From positions 62,001-126,000 of the forward strand of contig JBNAUL010000002.1 of the NCBI GenBank assembly GCA_049700835.1: a stretch of 64,000 bases of DNA. The letters run 5' to 3'. The stretch's first letter is position 1; every line of letters starts with the position of its first letter. Source of the DNA: Candidatus Woesearchaeota archaeon (GTDB lineage: Archaea; Nanobdellota; Nanobdellia; Woesearchaeales; WAPY01). The notes under the pieces were generated by a model. That model had not been told where the DNA came from. It did not search any database and saw only the letters and a list, made by a program, of their open reading frames with translations. Positions 19,901-28,112 of the stretch are shown piece after piece. The position numbers and the translations under genes were made by a program.

Positions 19901-20506
19901 TTATTTATTCTTGTAGCGTCCCCTTGATTCAACCTTCTTTAATCTTTTGACTACATCATCCGCTTCTTTATATTTCTTGCTGTATTCTTCCAAAATTGTC
20001 CTAAAAGCGTCTTCAAAAATATCATAATGCTTGCTTTCAAGCGCCTGTTTCAGCAGGTGAAGGTCAACTGCCTTGTCTTCAACCTTTAATGATACAAAAC
20101 TCAGTCCAAAATCTATAAGGAACAATTCGTTGTTTTCTGAAACTATGAAATTTGAGGTTGTCAGGTCATTGTGCACTATGTTGTTCTCATGCAATGATGC
20201 TATCAATTCCCCAATCTTCCTGCAGTATGCAACAAAGTTCTGTTTTTTAAGAACATCCCTTAATTTTTTCCCTTTTATCTTTTCCATTGCTATCTCTGCC
20301 CTTTCCTCATCAACCTTTATTAATCTTGGGCTTGGAAAATTCAGTTTTTCAAGTTTTTCAAGAATTCTTGCTTCTCTCCTTGTTCTGTACTTTCTAAGTT
20401 TCGAGTCAATTTCTTTTATTCTATAATTCTTTTCAGGCCTTGATTTTAAGATTCGATTATTATTCTCATAAATTATCGCTTCTGCTCCTCTGCTTATAAC
20501 CTTCAT
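19901..20506 (-). CDS. bud32: KEOPS complex kinase Bud32
   Basis: RGAEA, RTRREARIL, HNDLTTSN, IDFGL, EDKAVDLHLL, C-terminal RGRY. Confidence 0.95.
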   Translation of the reverse strand: MKVISRGAEAIIYENNNRILKSRPEKNYRIKEIDSKLRKYRTRREARILEKLEKLNFPSPRLIKVDEERAEIAMEKIKGKKLRDVLKKQNFVAYCRKIGELIASLHENNIVHNDLTTSNFIVSENNELFLIDFGLSFVSLKVEDKAVDLHLLKQALESKHYDIFEDAFRTILEEYSKKYKEADDVVKRLKKVESRGRYKNK

Positions 20507-20566
20507 GGAATATTGGACATCAAAAGAGTATTTAAAATTTTAGTTGTTGATTGTCTTTTTTTAGAA

Positions 20567-21577
20567 TCAGCGATTTTGATTGTCTTCTTCTAAAACAACA
20601 CTCCCTGTTGTTAAATAATTGTAAACTCTTCTCAATGCTTTTTTGGTTACATTGACAATGTCATTTGTAAGTTTGATTGTATCATTTTCACTCGGAGGAG
20701 CATATGTATAAACTGCTTTTCTGACACTTAGGTTTGAATACTTTTCAGAGAGCAAATCAATCAAAGCTTTAATTCCATCTTTCCATGTTCTGAAATAAGC
20801 ATATCCTCCTCTTTCTCCAAGAGTTCCATAGCCCCTTAAATTTCCAGGGTTCTTGTTGTAGTAACCCCAGCCCTGCGTTCCAACTGTGCTTTCATTATAA
20901 ATTATTGAGAAAACAAAAGCAGGGTCCAACTTCTTTTCAAAACAATAATTCACAAAGAACCCTTCCAATCCAAGCAATTCAGCATTATACTCGTTAAAGT
21001 AGTATTTAATCAATTTTTTATAAGCGTCTCTTATCGCATTGTTGCTCGTTATTTTATCGTCTATTGTAAATCTTGAATCAGCGCTAAAATTTTTTATCCT
21101 ATTTTCAACAAGTTTGTAAGAGCTTTCCTTCTCCAAAATATATTCCGTGCTGCTTATCCTTTTTTTTGTTTCTTCGTATATGCTTTGTGCTGTCAGAGAA
21201 GTTTTTTTAGCGTTTTTAGCATTGTTTATATTAGCTCTTATGTTGGCGCTTTCCCCATAATTAAATTCCTTGAATTTCAGCGCTTCTGCGCTTTCCTCAT
21301 TTTCGCAATTCTGAACAAATCTTATTTCTTCTGTAAAGTATCTCTTAGTGAGAGGAAAATGATATATTGTTATGTTAAGCCCGAGAGTTAACAGCGAAAC
21401 CCCTGCTATGAACCTTGCCAAGAAAGGGAGTTTTTCTCTTTGCAGTTTTTCAGGCAGATTATACTTTTGTTTGCCTGAAATTAATCCGTCTTCTAATTTG
21501 CCTTCTAAGGAGTTTTTTCTCGTTTCCTGATTTTTCCTTTCAAAATTCCAAGGTATGTCTAAATAATTGTCCTTCAT
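20567..21577 (-). CDS. Membrane-anchored glucosaminidase (GH73)/lysozyme-like putative peptidoglycan hydrolase
   Basis: TM at about aa 52-72; C-terminal LDPAFVFSIIYNES, NKNPGNL, YAYFRTWKDGI, YAPP. Confidence 0.75.
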   Translation of the reverse strand: MKDNYLDIPWNFERKNQETRKNSLEGKLEDGLISGKQKYNLPEKLQREKLPFLARFIAGVSLLTLGLNITIYHFPLTKRYFTEEIRFVQNCENEESAEALKFKEFNYGESANIRANINNAKNAKKTSLTAQSIYEETKKRISSTEYILEKESSYKLVENRIKNFSADSRFTIDDKITSNNAIRDAYKKLIKYYFNEYNAELLGLEGFFVNYCFEKKLDPAFVFSIIYNESTVGTQGWGYYNKNPGNLRGYGTLGERGGYAYFRTWKDGIKALIDLLSEKYSNLSVRKAVYTYAPPSENDTIKLTNDIVNVTKKALRRVYNYLTTGSVVLEEDNQNR

Positions 21578-21737
21578 TTTACAACAAATAAAGATAAATA
21601 GTTACTTAGTAGTAATAACAAATATAAAAATCTTTCGTTTTTAGAGTTTTTGAATTTCCTGAACTAAGTTCTTAAATTTTTTGTTTTAGAAATTTTTAGA
21701 AAAATTATTTAAACAATGCTGAATTGTTGCAAACATA

Positions 21738-22013
21738 ATGAACCAAACAATCCTTTCACAAGGAATAATGCCATACAATGCTTTATTGCCTAATCTATAC
21801 TTAGTTCTTATTCTGATCAGCGTTTGGGAGTTAATTTTGAAGGGAATTGCTCTATGGAAATCAGCAAGGAACAAGCACTTGGTTTGGTTTGCATGCATTT
21901 TAATATTCAACACGCTTGGGATATTGCCTATAATTTACTTAGCATTCTTTTCACAAAAGAAAAAGAACCCTGCAAAGATAAGAACTGCAAATAAAAAAAT
22001 AAAAACAGCATAG
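21738..22013 (+). CDS. DUF5652-like small membrane protein
   Basis: LKGIALWKSARN...WF...NTLGILPIIYL. Confidence 0.8.
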   Translation: MNQTILSQGIMPYNALLPNLYLVLILISVWELILKGIALWKSARNKHLVWFACILIFNTLGILPIIYLAFFSQKKKNPAKIRTANKKIKTA

Positions 22014-22074
22014 CGCTTTTTATAAATAAATTTTTGAGAAAATTTATATATAAGCTATAATTTTCTATTATAAA

Positions 22075-22425
22075 ATGAATAAAAAATCAGATCCTTTATG
22101 GCAAAATGCATGGAAGAACATTCATAGTTTAGACGACATAGTTACAGAAGGAGAAAAAGAAATAATAGAAGAACTTATAAAAGGAAAAGAAGATAAAGAC
22201 ATTTGCCAGTATTTGAAATTGGCTGGAAAGTACTTTTACTATTGCGCGAAAAGAGCTGATTGGTTTAAAAATACAGACAGCACTGCAAGAAAAAATGAGG
22301 GAAAGGTAAACCCTTTTAGCCCGGAATACAAGAGTTATATAGGAGTTCCAGTTCTTCAGATCTTTTGTCTTTGCGATAATTACAAAAAGTGCATAGAATA
22401 CACTGAGAGCAAGAATTCTGAATGA
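22075..22425 (+). CDS. Hypothetical small Cys-containing protein
   Basis: 116-aa ORF with a TATA-like TTTATATA upstream; 5 Cys; no family recognised. Confidence 0.65.
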   Translation: MNKKSDPLWQNAWKNIHSLDDIVTEGEKEIIEELIKGKEDKDICQYLKLAGKYFYYCAKRADWFKNTDSTARKNEGKVNPFSPEYKSYIGVPVLQIFCLCDNYKKCIEYTESKNSE

Positions 22426-22466
22426 TTTTGAAAAATTAATTTTAAAAAAAGTTTAATAAGGAGCAA

Positions 22467-22539
22467 TAGCCCTGCGCGGATTCGAACCGCGGTCTCGAGG
22501 TCCAGAGCCTCGCATGATTGTCCACTACACCACAGGGCT
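22467..22539 (-). tRNA. tRNA-Gln(CTG), no intron, CCA not encoded
   Basis: Reverse complement AGCCCTG...CGAGG-CTCTGGA-CCTCG...GGTTCGAATCC...CAGGGCT-A folds as a cloverleaf; A1-U72 pair typical of archaeal tRNA-Gln. Confidence 0.96.
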
Positions 22540-22589
22540 TTAGCAAAATGGTAATTTAACATTAAATTTATAAATATTTCTAAGAACTA

Positions 22590-23405
22590 TTAAAATTTTA
22601 ATCTGTGTGAAAAAACAAAATAGAGATAAGGCAAAAGAACAATGCGATTTTCTATGTTCTTTTTGCTTTCCTCTAAATTTTCATTCACGCTTATCTCAAA
22701 AATTTTAGAATCAATTCCTACTTCCAAGAGAGTGCGTGCGAGCTTTTCATAGTCCTCTTTTGTGTCTATTCTGAATGCCTGCGTGACATAGAAATTTATG
22801 GATTTATTTGCACTCTTATCAAAATCATTTTTTAAATCAATAAAAATTCTGTTAATGACTTCAACATAACTGTCATTCAAATCATAAACAATTGAAATCT
22901 TTGTGTAGTTCAAATTGGATTCTACAAATTCCATCTCTTCATTTATTTCAACGCAATAATTATCTGCAATGGAATTCATCAACTCGTCTATTCCGCAATA
23001 GAAAACATCAGGGTAAATTGTATAAAAAACAACAGGTGCTGAGTAAAAATTTACTTTTCGTAAAATGCAAATATCCTTTAATCTTATCAGCCCATTCTCC
23101 AATATTTCAACAATTCTCTTTGCTTCCTTTTCATTGAAGTTTTCGTTTTGCTTGCTCTCTTCATCTTTTTTCATTCCATGATTGTATTCAAAATTTTTGC
23201 GATGGTTTTCCAATGGGTTTTTAGAAGCATCAATTAAAAATTCATTAAAATATGATTCCTCAAAACTATTGTACTTGTTGTGCTCAAAAAATCTTGTCAA
23301 GCAAGAAACCATTTTTTGCTTGCAGAGGTTTTCATAAAAAAGCAGGTCATCTACGCTCATTTCAAGATTTTTAAGGTCCTTAGTTTCCTTAGAATGCTTT
23401 ATCAT
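22590..23405 (-). CDS. Hypothetical protein (orphan)
   Basis: About 270-aa acidic ORF; probable ATG 23405 overlaps the stop region of the upstream hydrolase gene. Confidence 0.65.
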   Translation of the reverse strand: MIKHSKETKDLKNLEMSVDDLLFYENLCKQKMVSCLTRFFEHNKYNSFEESYFNEFLIDASKNPLENHRKNFEYNHGMKKDEESKQNENFNEKEAKRIVEILENGLIRLKDICILRKVNFYSAPVVFYTIYPDVFYCGIDELMNSIADNYCVEINEEMEFVESNLNYTKISIVYDLNDSYVEVINRIFIDLKNDFDKSANKSINFYVTQAFRIDTKEDYEKLARTLLEVGIDSKIFEISVNENLEESKKNIENRIVLLPYLYFVFSHRLKF

Positions 23406-23937
23406 TTTCTTTGCCTTTCCTGAATTTTCTTGAAAATGAAGATAAGATAACTGCCAAAGCAATCATCGCCAAAATAGAAACTCCAATCATTGAGAAAAAC
23501 GGGCTCTTTTGGTCTTTTGAAGCCTCTGAAGCAGGATTTGTTTTAAAATTCAGTTCGTAACTGATAACCTTGGTTTCAGGAGACATGTACATGTTGAAAT
23601 CAAAACTGTAGAGCTTGTTTTCAAAAGGATAAAGCAGTGCTATTCCAGGACCCCAAATGTCAAGCAGCAAGTGAGTGAATAAAAAGAAAAAAGCAAATAG
23701 CAAAAGTACATAAGGTAACTTCTTGTTTTTCTTAAAAACAATCTTTGAGGTTAAAAAAACAATAATTATGACAAACAATGCAAAAAAGATGTTATGAAAA
23801 ACCATTCTCTTGCCAAGCAAAATGTCAAGGTCAGGGATTATTGACAATGGAGATAAAAATAGTATTTCATTTCTCAATCTTGGAAAAAATGCGATAAGCA
23901 CAAAAGTTGGAATTACTAAATGAACTAATGGTTCCAT
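23389..23937 (-). CDS. Membrane-bound metal-dependent hydrolase (YdjM/DUF457-like)
   Basis: VH, SIIPDLD, FHN, THLLLD, GIALLYPF motifs; several TM helices. Confidence 0.8.
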   Translation of the reverse strand: MEPLVHLVIPTFVLIAFFPRLRNEILFLSPLSIIPDLDILLGKRMVFHNIFFALFVIIIVFLTSKIVFKKNKKLPYVLLLFAFFFLFTHLLLDIWGPGIALLYPFENKLYSFDFNMYMSPETKVISYELNFKTNPASEASKDQKSPFFSMIGVSILAMIALAVILSSFSRKFRKGKENDKAF

Positions 23938-24063
23938 AATTTGAAGTATTTATTTTAAAGTTATAAATCTTTCTAAAAAACAGGAACAGAAAAAAAGAAA
24001 AAAATTTGTTAAAAATCAAAATGAAAAAATAAATAATAAAATTTTTTTTTGCTTCTTTTACCT

Positions 24064-24492
24064 TTATTTCTTCCAGGCTATCAGATACCAACTTATAAAG
24101 AAACCAACCAATGGTATCAATGTTAACAGAGCATACCATCCTGGCTTATTAACTGCTTCTGCAACCTTCCAAAATATGTACAGAGACACTGCTAAAGCAA
24201 TCAAACCCCCTACAAATGGTATAAATGATAAAAGTATGTAGAATATATACCACCAGGGAAGCTTTGCTATGTTGATCATTAACAATATGTTCAATATTGG
24301 TATCCAAGCAAACCATGCGTTCTCTGTTTTTGTCTTCTTTGCAACATTCATTAAAGAAAGCGCAAAGAACACATATATTGCTATGGTAACTATCAAATAA
24401 ACAATTATTATTCCCATAGCAATGCCTGTCAAAAATCCTAATCCTCCTAATCCTCCTAAGCTACCTAATCCCATTCCTAATGCATTTGGCAT
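24064..24492 (-). CDS. DUF5684-like membrane protein
   Basis: AKKT...AWFAWIPILN...PWW...KPGW; 4 TM helices; SD GGAGGTGAT. Confidence 0.75.
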   Translation of the reverse strand: MPNALGMGLGSLGGLGGLGFLTGIAMGIIIVYLIVTIAIYVFFALSLMNVAKKTKTENAWFAWIPILNILLMINIAKLPWWYIFYILLSFIPFVGGLIALAVSLYIFWKVAEAVNKPGWYALLTLIPLVGFFISWYLIAWKK

Positions 24493-24631
24493 TTTAATAT
24501 CACCTCCTATTTAATTTAAATTTTTTTGGTTTAAAAAACTTTGCTTTTTCAACACAAACAAAATTAAGAAAAAGAAGTTAGGATGCAAAAAGCGATAACT
24601 TTTTAATAAATGTTAAACAACACTTTTTAGG

Positions 24632-25282
24632 ATGAAGGGTAAACTTAAAAAGATAAAAGAAATATGGAATTTTTTGTGGAATGGAAACTCAATTTGGAGT
24701 TGGATTTTTAACATAGTGATTGCATTCCTATTGATAAAATTTGTTTTTTATCCAGGCATCGGACTCTTGTTAAAAACAGATTATCCAATAGTTGCTGTTG
24801 TTTCAGAGAGCATGCAACATGATGGAAACTTTGATTTTTGGTGGAATTCTGATGCGGACTGCGGTTACATATGCAAACAATCTGATTTCTATGCGATGTA
24901 TAACATCACAAGAGAGGACTTTCAAAAATTCAATTTTAAGAACGGTTTTAAAAAGGGAGATTTAATTGTTGTTATTGGGAAAAAGCCAGAGGATATAAAG
25001 GTTGGTGATGTGATTGTTTTTATGGGATATGTGAGAGACAAAAAAGCCCCAATAATTCATAGGGTAATAAAAAAGATTTATAATGAGAATGTTAAACAAT
25101 ACTATTTTCAAACAAAGGGAGACCACAACACAAAATCCTTGTATTCAGAGCTTCAAATTTCAAAAAAAGATATCCTAGGGGTAGGAGTTTTCAGAATACC
25201 TTATTTGGGTTATGTCAAGCTTTGGTTTATTGATTTTTTAGTAAGAATTGGACTGGTGAGGGCTGATGAAGTTCTGTCCTAA
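24632..25282 (+). CDS. sec11: Signal peptidase I (Sec11/ER type)
   Basis: VVSESM (Ser), KGDL, IKVGDVIVF, PIIHRV (His), TKGDHN, IPYLGY. Confidence 0.93.
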   Translation: MKGKLKKIKEIWNFLWNGNSIWSWIFNIVIAFLLIKFVFYPGIGLLLKTDYPIVAVVSESMQHDGNFDFWWNSDADCGYICKQSDFYAMYNITREDFQKFNFKNGFKKGDLIVVIGKKPEDIKVGDVIVFMGYVRDKKAPIIHRVIKKIYNENVKQYYFQTKGDHNTKSLYSELQISKKDILGVGVFRIPYLGYVKLWFIDFLVRIGLVRADEVLS

Positions 25283-25601
25283 GTGCGGCTCAATCATGAT
25301 TTTGAAAAAGGAGAATGAAAAAACATATTTTTATTGCAACAGTTGCAAATACTCAGAAGTTGCCCAAGGAAAAGTTGGTTTGAAAGAAAAAACTGGTTTG
25401 AAAGAAGAGCTGAATGCAGAAAAAAGGATTGAGAAGGTAGAAAAAGAAGTAAATACTCTGCCAAAGACAAGAGAAGAGTGCCCTAAATGCGGAAACAAAG
25501 AAGCGTATTATTGGACAATGCAGACAAGAGGAGCTGATGAAGCAGAAACAAAATTCTTGAAGTGCACAAAGTGTGGTTACACTTGGAGAGACTATGATTA
25601 A
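25266..25601 (+). CDS. tfs: Transcription factor S
   Basis: MKFCPKCG zinc ribbon and a second ribbon with QTRGADEAET. Confidence 0.95.
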   Translation: MKFCPKCGSIMILKKENEKTYFYCNSCKYSEVAQGKVGLKEKTGLKEELNAEKRIEKVEKEVNTLPKTREECPKCGNKEAYYWTMQTRGADEAETKFLKCTKCGYTWRDYD

Positions 25602-25691
25602 TATAAGCTATGATTAATATAAGTATTATTAGTATCAATTATTAGTATCATTCAAAAAAATTTTTAAACAAGAAAGAATTTATTTTTTGCC

Positions 25692-25907
25692 ATGCCAAAA
25701 AACACAAGCATCTTGCCAAAAGCAAATGTTGAAAGATTGATGAAAAGAACAGGGGCTTTAAGGATAAGCAATTCAGCAGTTGAGGAAATGACTGACTTCT
25801 TAATAAAGCAAGGTTTTGAGATTTCAAAAAGAGCGGTTGAGATAACAAAGCATTCTGGTAGAAGAACTGTTCTTGCAAAGGATATAAAGTTAGCTTTTAA
25901 GTTCTGA
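25692..25907 (+). CDS. Archaeal histone (HMf-type, nucleosomal)
   Basis: LPKANVERLMK..GA.RIS..A...AVEITKHSGRRTVLAKDIKLA. Confidence 0.93.
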   Translation: MPKNTSILPKANVERLMKRTGALRISNSAVEEMTDFLIKQGFEISKRAVEITKHSGRRTVLAKDIKLAFKF

Positions 25908-25967
25908 AATAAATTTTTATAAATATTTTATGGGTTTATAGGCGGATAGAATGAAGGCATAATAGAA

Positions 25968-26040
25968 TGGACCGGCCGGGATTCGAACCCGGAGCCTCAC
26001 CCTAGCCAAGGGCGCGTTCTACCATTGAAACTACCGGCCC
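25968..26040 (-). tRNA. tRNA-Ala(GGC), no intron, CCA not encoded
   Basis: GGGCCGG/CCGGTCC acceptor stem with G3:U70; anticodon arm CGCCC-TTGGCTA-GGGTG; T-loop TTCGAAT. Confidence 0.93.
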
Positions 26041-26168
26041 AAAACAAATAATTTTTGGGAAGCAGAATAAATTTAAAAACATTTTGAATATTTCCTGATT
26101 TTTTAAATTTTGTTCATAATCTTTTTTATTGCAAAATAAATACAAAACAGATTTATTAAACTACACTC

Positions 26169-26930
26169 TTAAACTTGCATTCTTGAAAAAGCCCAAGAGC
26201 CAATTATCAACAATATGCTTGTTAATGGAATCAGTATTAACAAATCGCTCAAAATTCCAAAATGATGAATTCCTGAAAGGCTTTGTCTTAACCCATCAAC
26301 ACAATAACTCAAAGGATTTATTCTTACTACTCCAAGTATTGATTTTGGAAGGTTTTCCAATGGGAACAAAGCCCCTGAGAGAAAAACCATTGGCATTACC
26401 ACAAAATTCATTATCAATTGAAAGCCCTGCATGTCTTGGAGCAGAGTTGCAATTAATGTTCCAAAAGCAGAGAACAAAAACGAGGTTAAAATCGCGAATA
26501 TTACTGCAATCCACACATAATTTATTATTGGTTTAAAACCAAAGATCAATGAAATCAAAAAGATGATTAAACCCTGAATAATACCTACTGTTGCCCCTCC
26601 AATGGTCCTTCCAATCATTATTTTTAATCTTGAAACAGGAGCAACAAGGGTTTCTTTCAAAATTCCGAATTGTCTGTCCCATATCAATTCAATTCCCATC
26701 ATTAAAGATGTTGTCAGTATGCTCATTCCCATTATTCCAGGAACCAAAAATTGAAGATAATTAATGCCTCCTGCCCTTTGAAAAACAGGACCAAACCCGT
26801 AACTCAATGCGATTAAAAACAAGATTGGTTGCCCAAGAGCAGCTATAAATCTTGATTTTGAACGATAGTATCTCTTAACCTGCCTTAGCCACAATCCAAA
26901 TATTACCTCAATGTTTATTCCAAAGATCAT
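26169..26930 (-). CDS. ABC-2 type exporter permease (DrrB-like)
   Basis: YLQFLVPGI, WDRQFGILKETLVAPVSR, FLSGALFP, NPLSYCVDGLR. Confidence 0.92.
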   Translation of the reverse strand: MIFGINIEVIFGLWLRQVKRYYRSKSRFIAALGQPILFLIALSYGFGPVFQRAGGINYLQFLVPGIMGMSILTTSLMMGIELIWDRQFGILKETLVAPVSRLKIMIGRTIGGATVGIIQGLIIFLISLIFGFKPIINYVWIAVIFAILTSFLFSAFGTLIATLLQDMQGFQLIMNFVVMPMVFLSGALFPLENLPKSILGVVRINPLSYCVDGLRQSLSGIHHFGILSDLLILIPLTSILLIIGSWAFSRMQV

Positions 26931-26957
26931 AAATACCACTTCTAATTTTTTCTAATT

Positions 26958-27755
26958 TTAATGCCTTCTCATTGCTCTCCTAATCCTCATTCTGTCCAAT
27001 GGAGTTGCTTCTTCTTCCCTTATTTTGTGTCCTGTGAGTTTTATAAACGCTTCTTCAAGAGTTTTTGATTTTGTTTTTTTCTTTATTTCTTCAACAGTTT
27101 CTATTATTATTATTCTGCCGTTGTCAATCACCGCAACTCTGTCAGCAATTCTTTCAGCTTCTTCAATATAGTGAGTTGTTAAGAAGATTGTTGTTTTGTT
27201 GTTCTTATTCAGTTTTTTGATGTATTCCCATATATGGTATCTTGTCTGAGGATCCAATCCAAGAGTGGGCTCGTCCAAAAATATTATCTTTGGTTCGTGC
27301 AGCAAACTTCTAGCTATTTCTAATCTTCTTTTCATTCCTCCTGAAAAATTCTTTACAAAGACATTCCTCTTATCAAAGAGTTCCACAAGTTTCAGCATCC
27401 TGTCTATTCTTTCCTTTCTTTCCTTTTTTGGAATTTTGTAGAGTATTGAATGAAAATACATGTTTTCATAGGCAGTTAGTTCCTCATCCAAACTTTGATC
27501 CTGAAAAACAATTCCGAAAGAGTTCCTTACCTTATCAGGATTTTTCAGCACATCAAAACCGTTTATTCTTATGTAGCCCTTTGTTGGTTTAAGCAGAGTT
27601 GTAAGCATCTTTATTGTGGTTGTCTTTCCAGCACCATTAGGGCCTAAGAAAGCAAAGATTTCTCCTTTGTTCACGCTGAAAGAAATATTGTCAACAGCTG
27701 CAAAGTTGTTAAATTTCTTTGTAAGTCCTTTGATTTCTATAATTGCTTCATTCAT
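26958..27755 (-). CDS. ABC exporter ATP-binding protein (DrrA-like)
   Basis: GPNGAGKT, FSGGMKRR, LDEPTLGLDP, TTHY. Confidence 0.95.
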   Translation of the reverse strand: MNEAIIEIKGLTKKFNNFAAVDNISFSVNKGEIFAFLGPNGAGKTTTIKMLTTLLKPTKGYIRINGFDVLKNPDKVRNSFGIVFQDQSLDEELTAYENMYFHSILYKIPKKERKERIDRMLKLVELFDKRNVFVKNFSGGMKRRLEIARSLLHEPKIIFLDEPTLGLDPQTRYHIWEYIKKLNKNNKTTIFLTTHYIEEAERIADRVAVIDNGRIIIIETVEEIKKKTKSKTLEEAFIKLTGHKIREEEATPLDRMRIRRAMRRH

Positions 27756-27828
27756 TTTAAAATAAAAACAAATATAAAAAAAACAAGAAAAATTCGTAAA
27801 ATTGCTCTTTAAAAAATTCCTGTTTTTT

Positions 27829-27978
27829 TTATTTTTTCTTTCCTATTATCCTAAAGACCTTTGTCCCGCAAACCGGGCAAACTCCTTGGACAGCAACAAG
27901 TCCGTTCTTCATTGTAACTTCTTTCGGATTTTTGATTTCTACCTCTTTTTTGCATTTCATACATCTTGCAGTCGGCAT
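27829..27978 (-). CDS. 49-aa zinc-ribbon protein, DUF5679/Cren7-like (absent from the ORF track)
   Basis: Manual translation MPTARCMKCKKEVEIKNPKEVTMKNGLVAVQGVCPVCGTKVFRIIGKKK*; SD-like GGAGATGA upstream. Confidence 0.85.
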   Translation of the reverse strand: MPTARCMKCKKEVEIKNPKEVTMKNGLVAVQGVCPVCGTKVFRIIGKKK

Positions 27979-28112
27979 TTTCTCATCTCCTTTCAATTTT
28001 TTTGTTTTTTGATTAAACTTTAATCACTTTAATAATTCTATTTAAATGCTTTTCGCTTTTTTGCTCAAGCAATTGCATTTCAGAATTTTTTATGCTTTAT
28101 TTAGTTTTCTAT

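Noticed and set aside
25592..25650. Short direct repeats as a mini-CRISPR
   Set aside because: Units are 13-16 bp, directly adjacent with no spacers, and no cas genes are present.
22075..27755. Integrated element at tRNA-Gln or tRNA-Ala
   Set aside because: No integrase, and I found no duplicated tRNA 3' end (att site); core genes (sec11, tfs, histone) lie between the two tRNAs.
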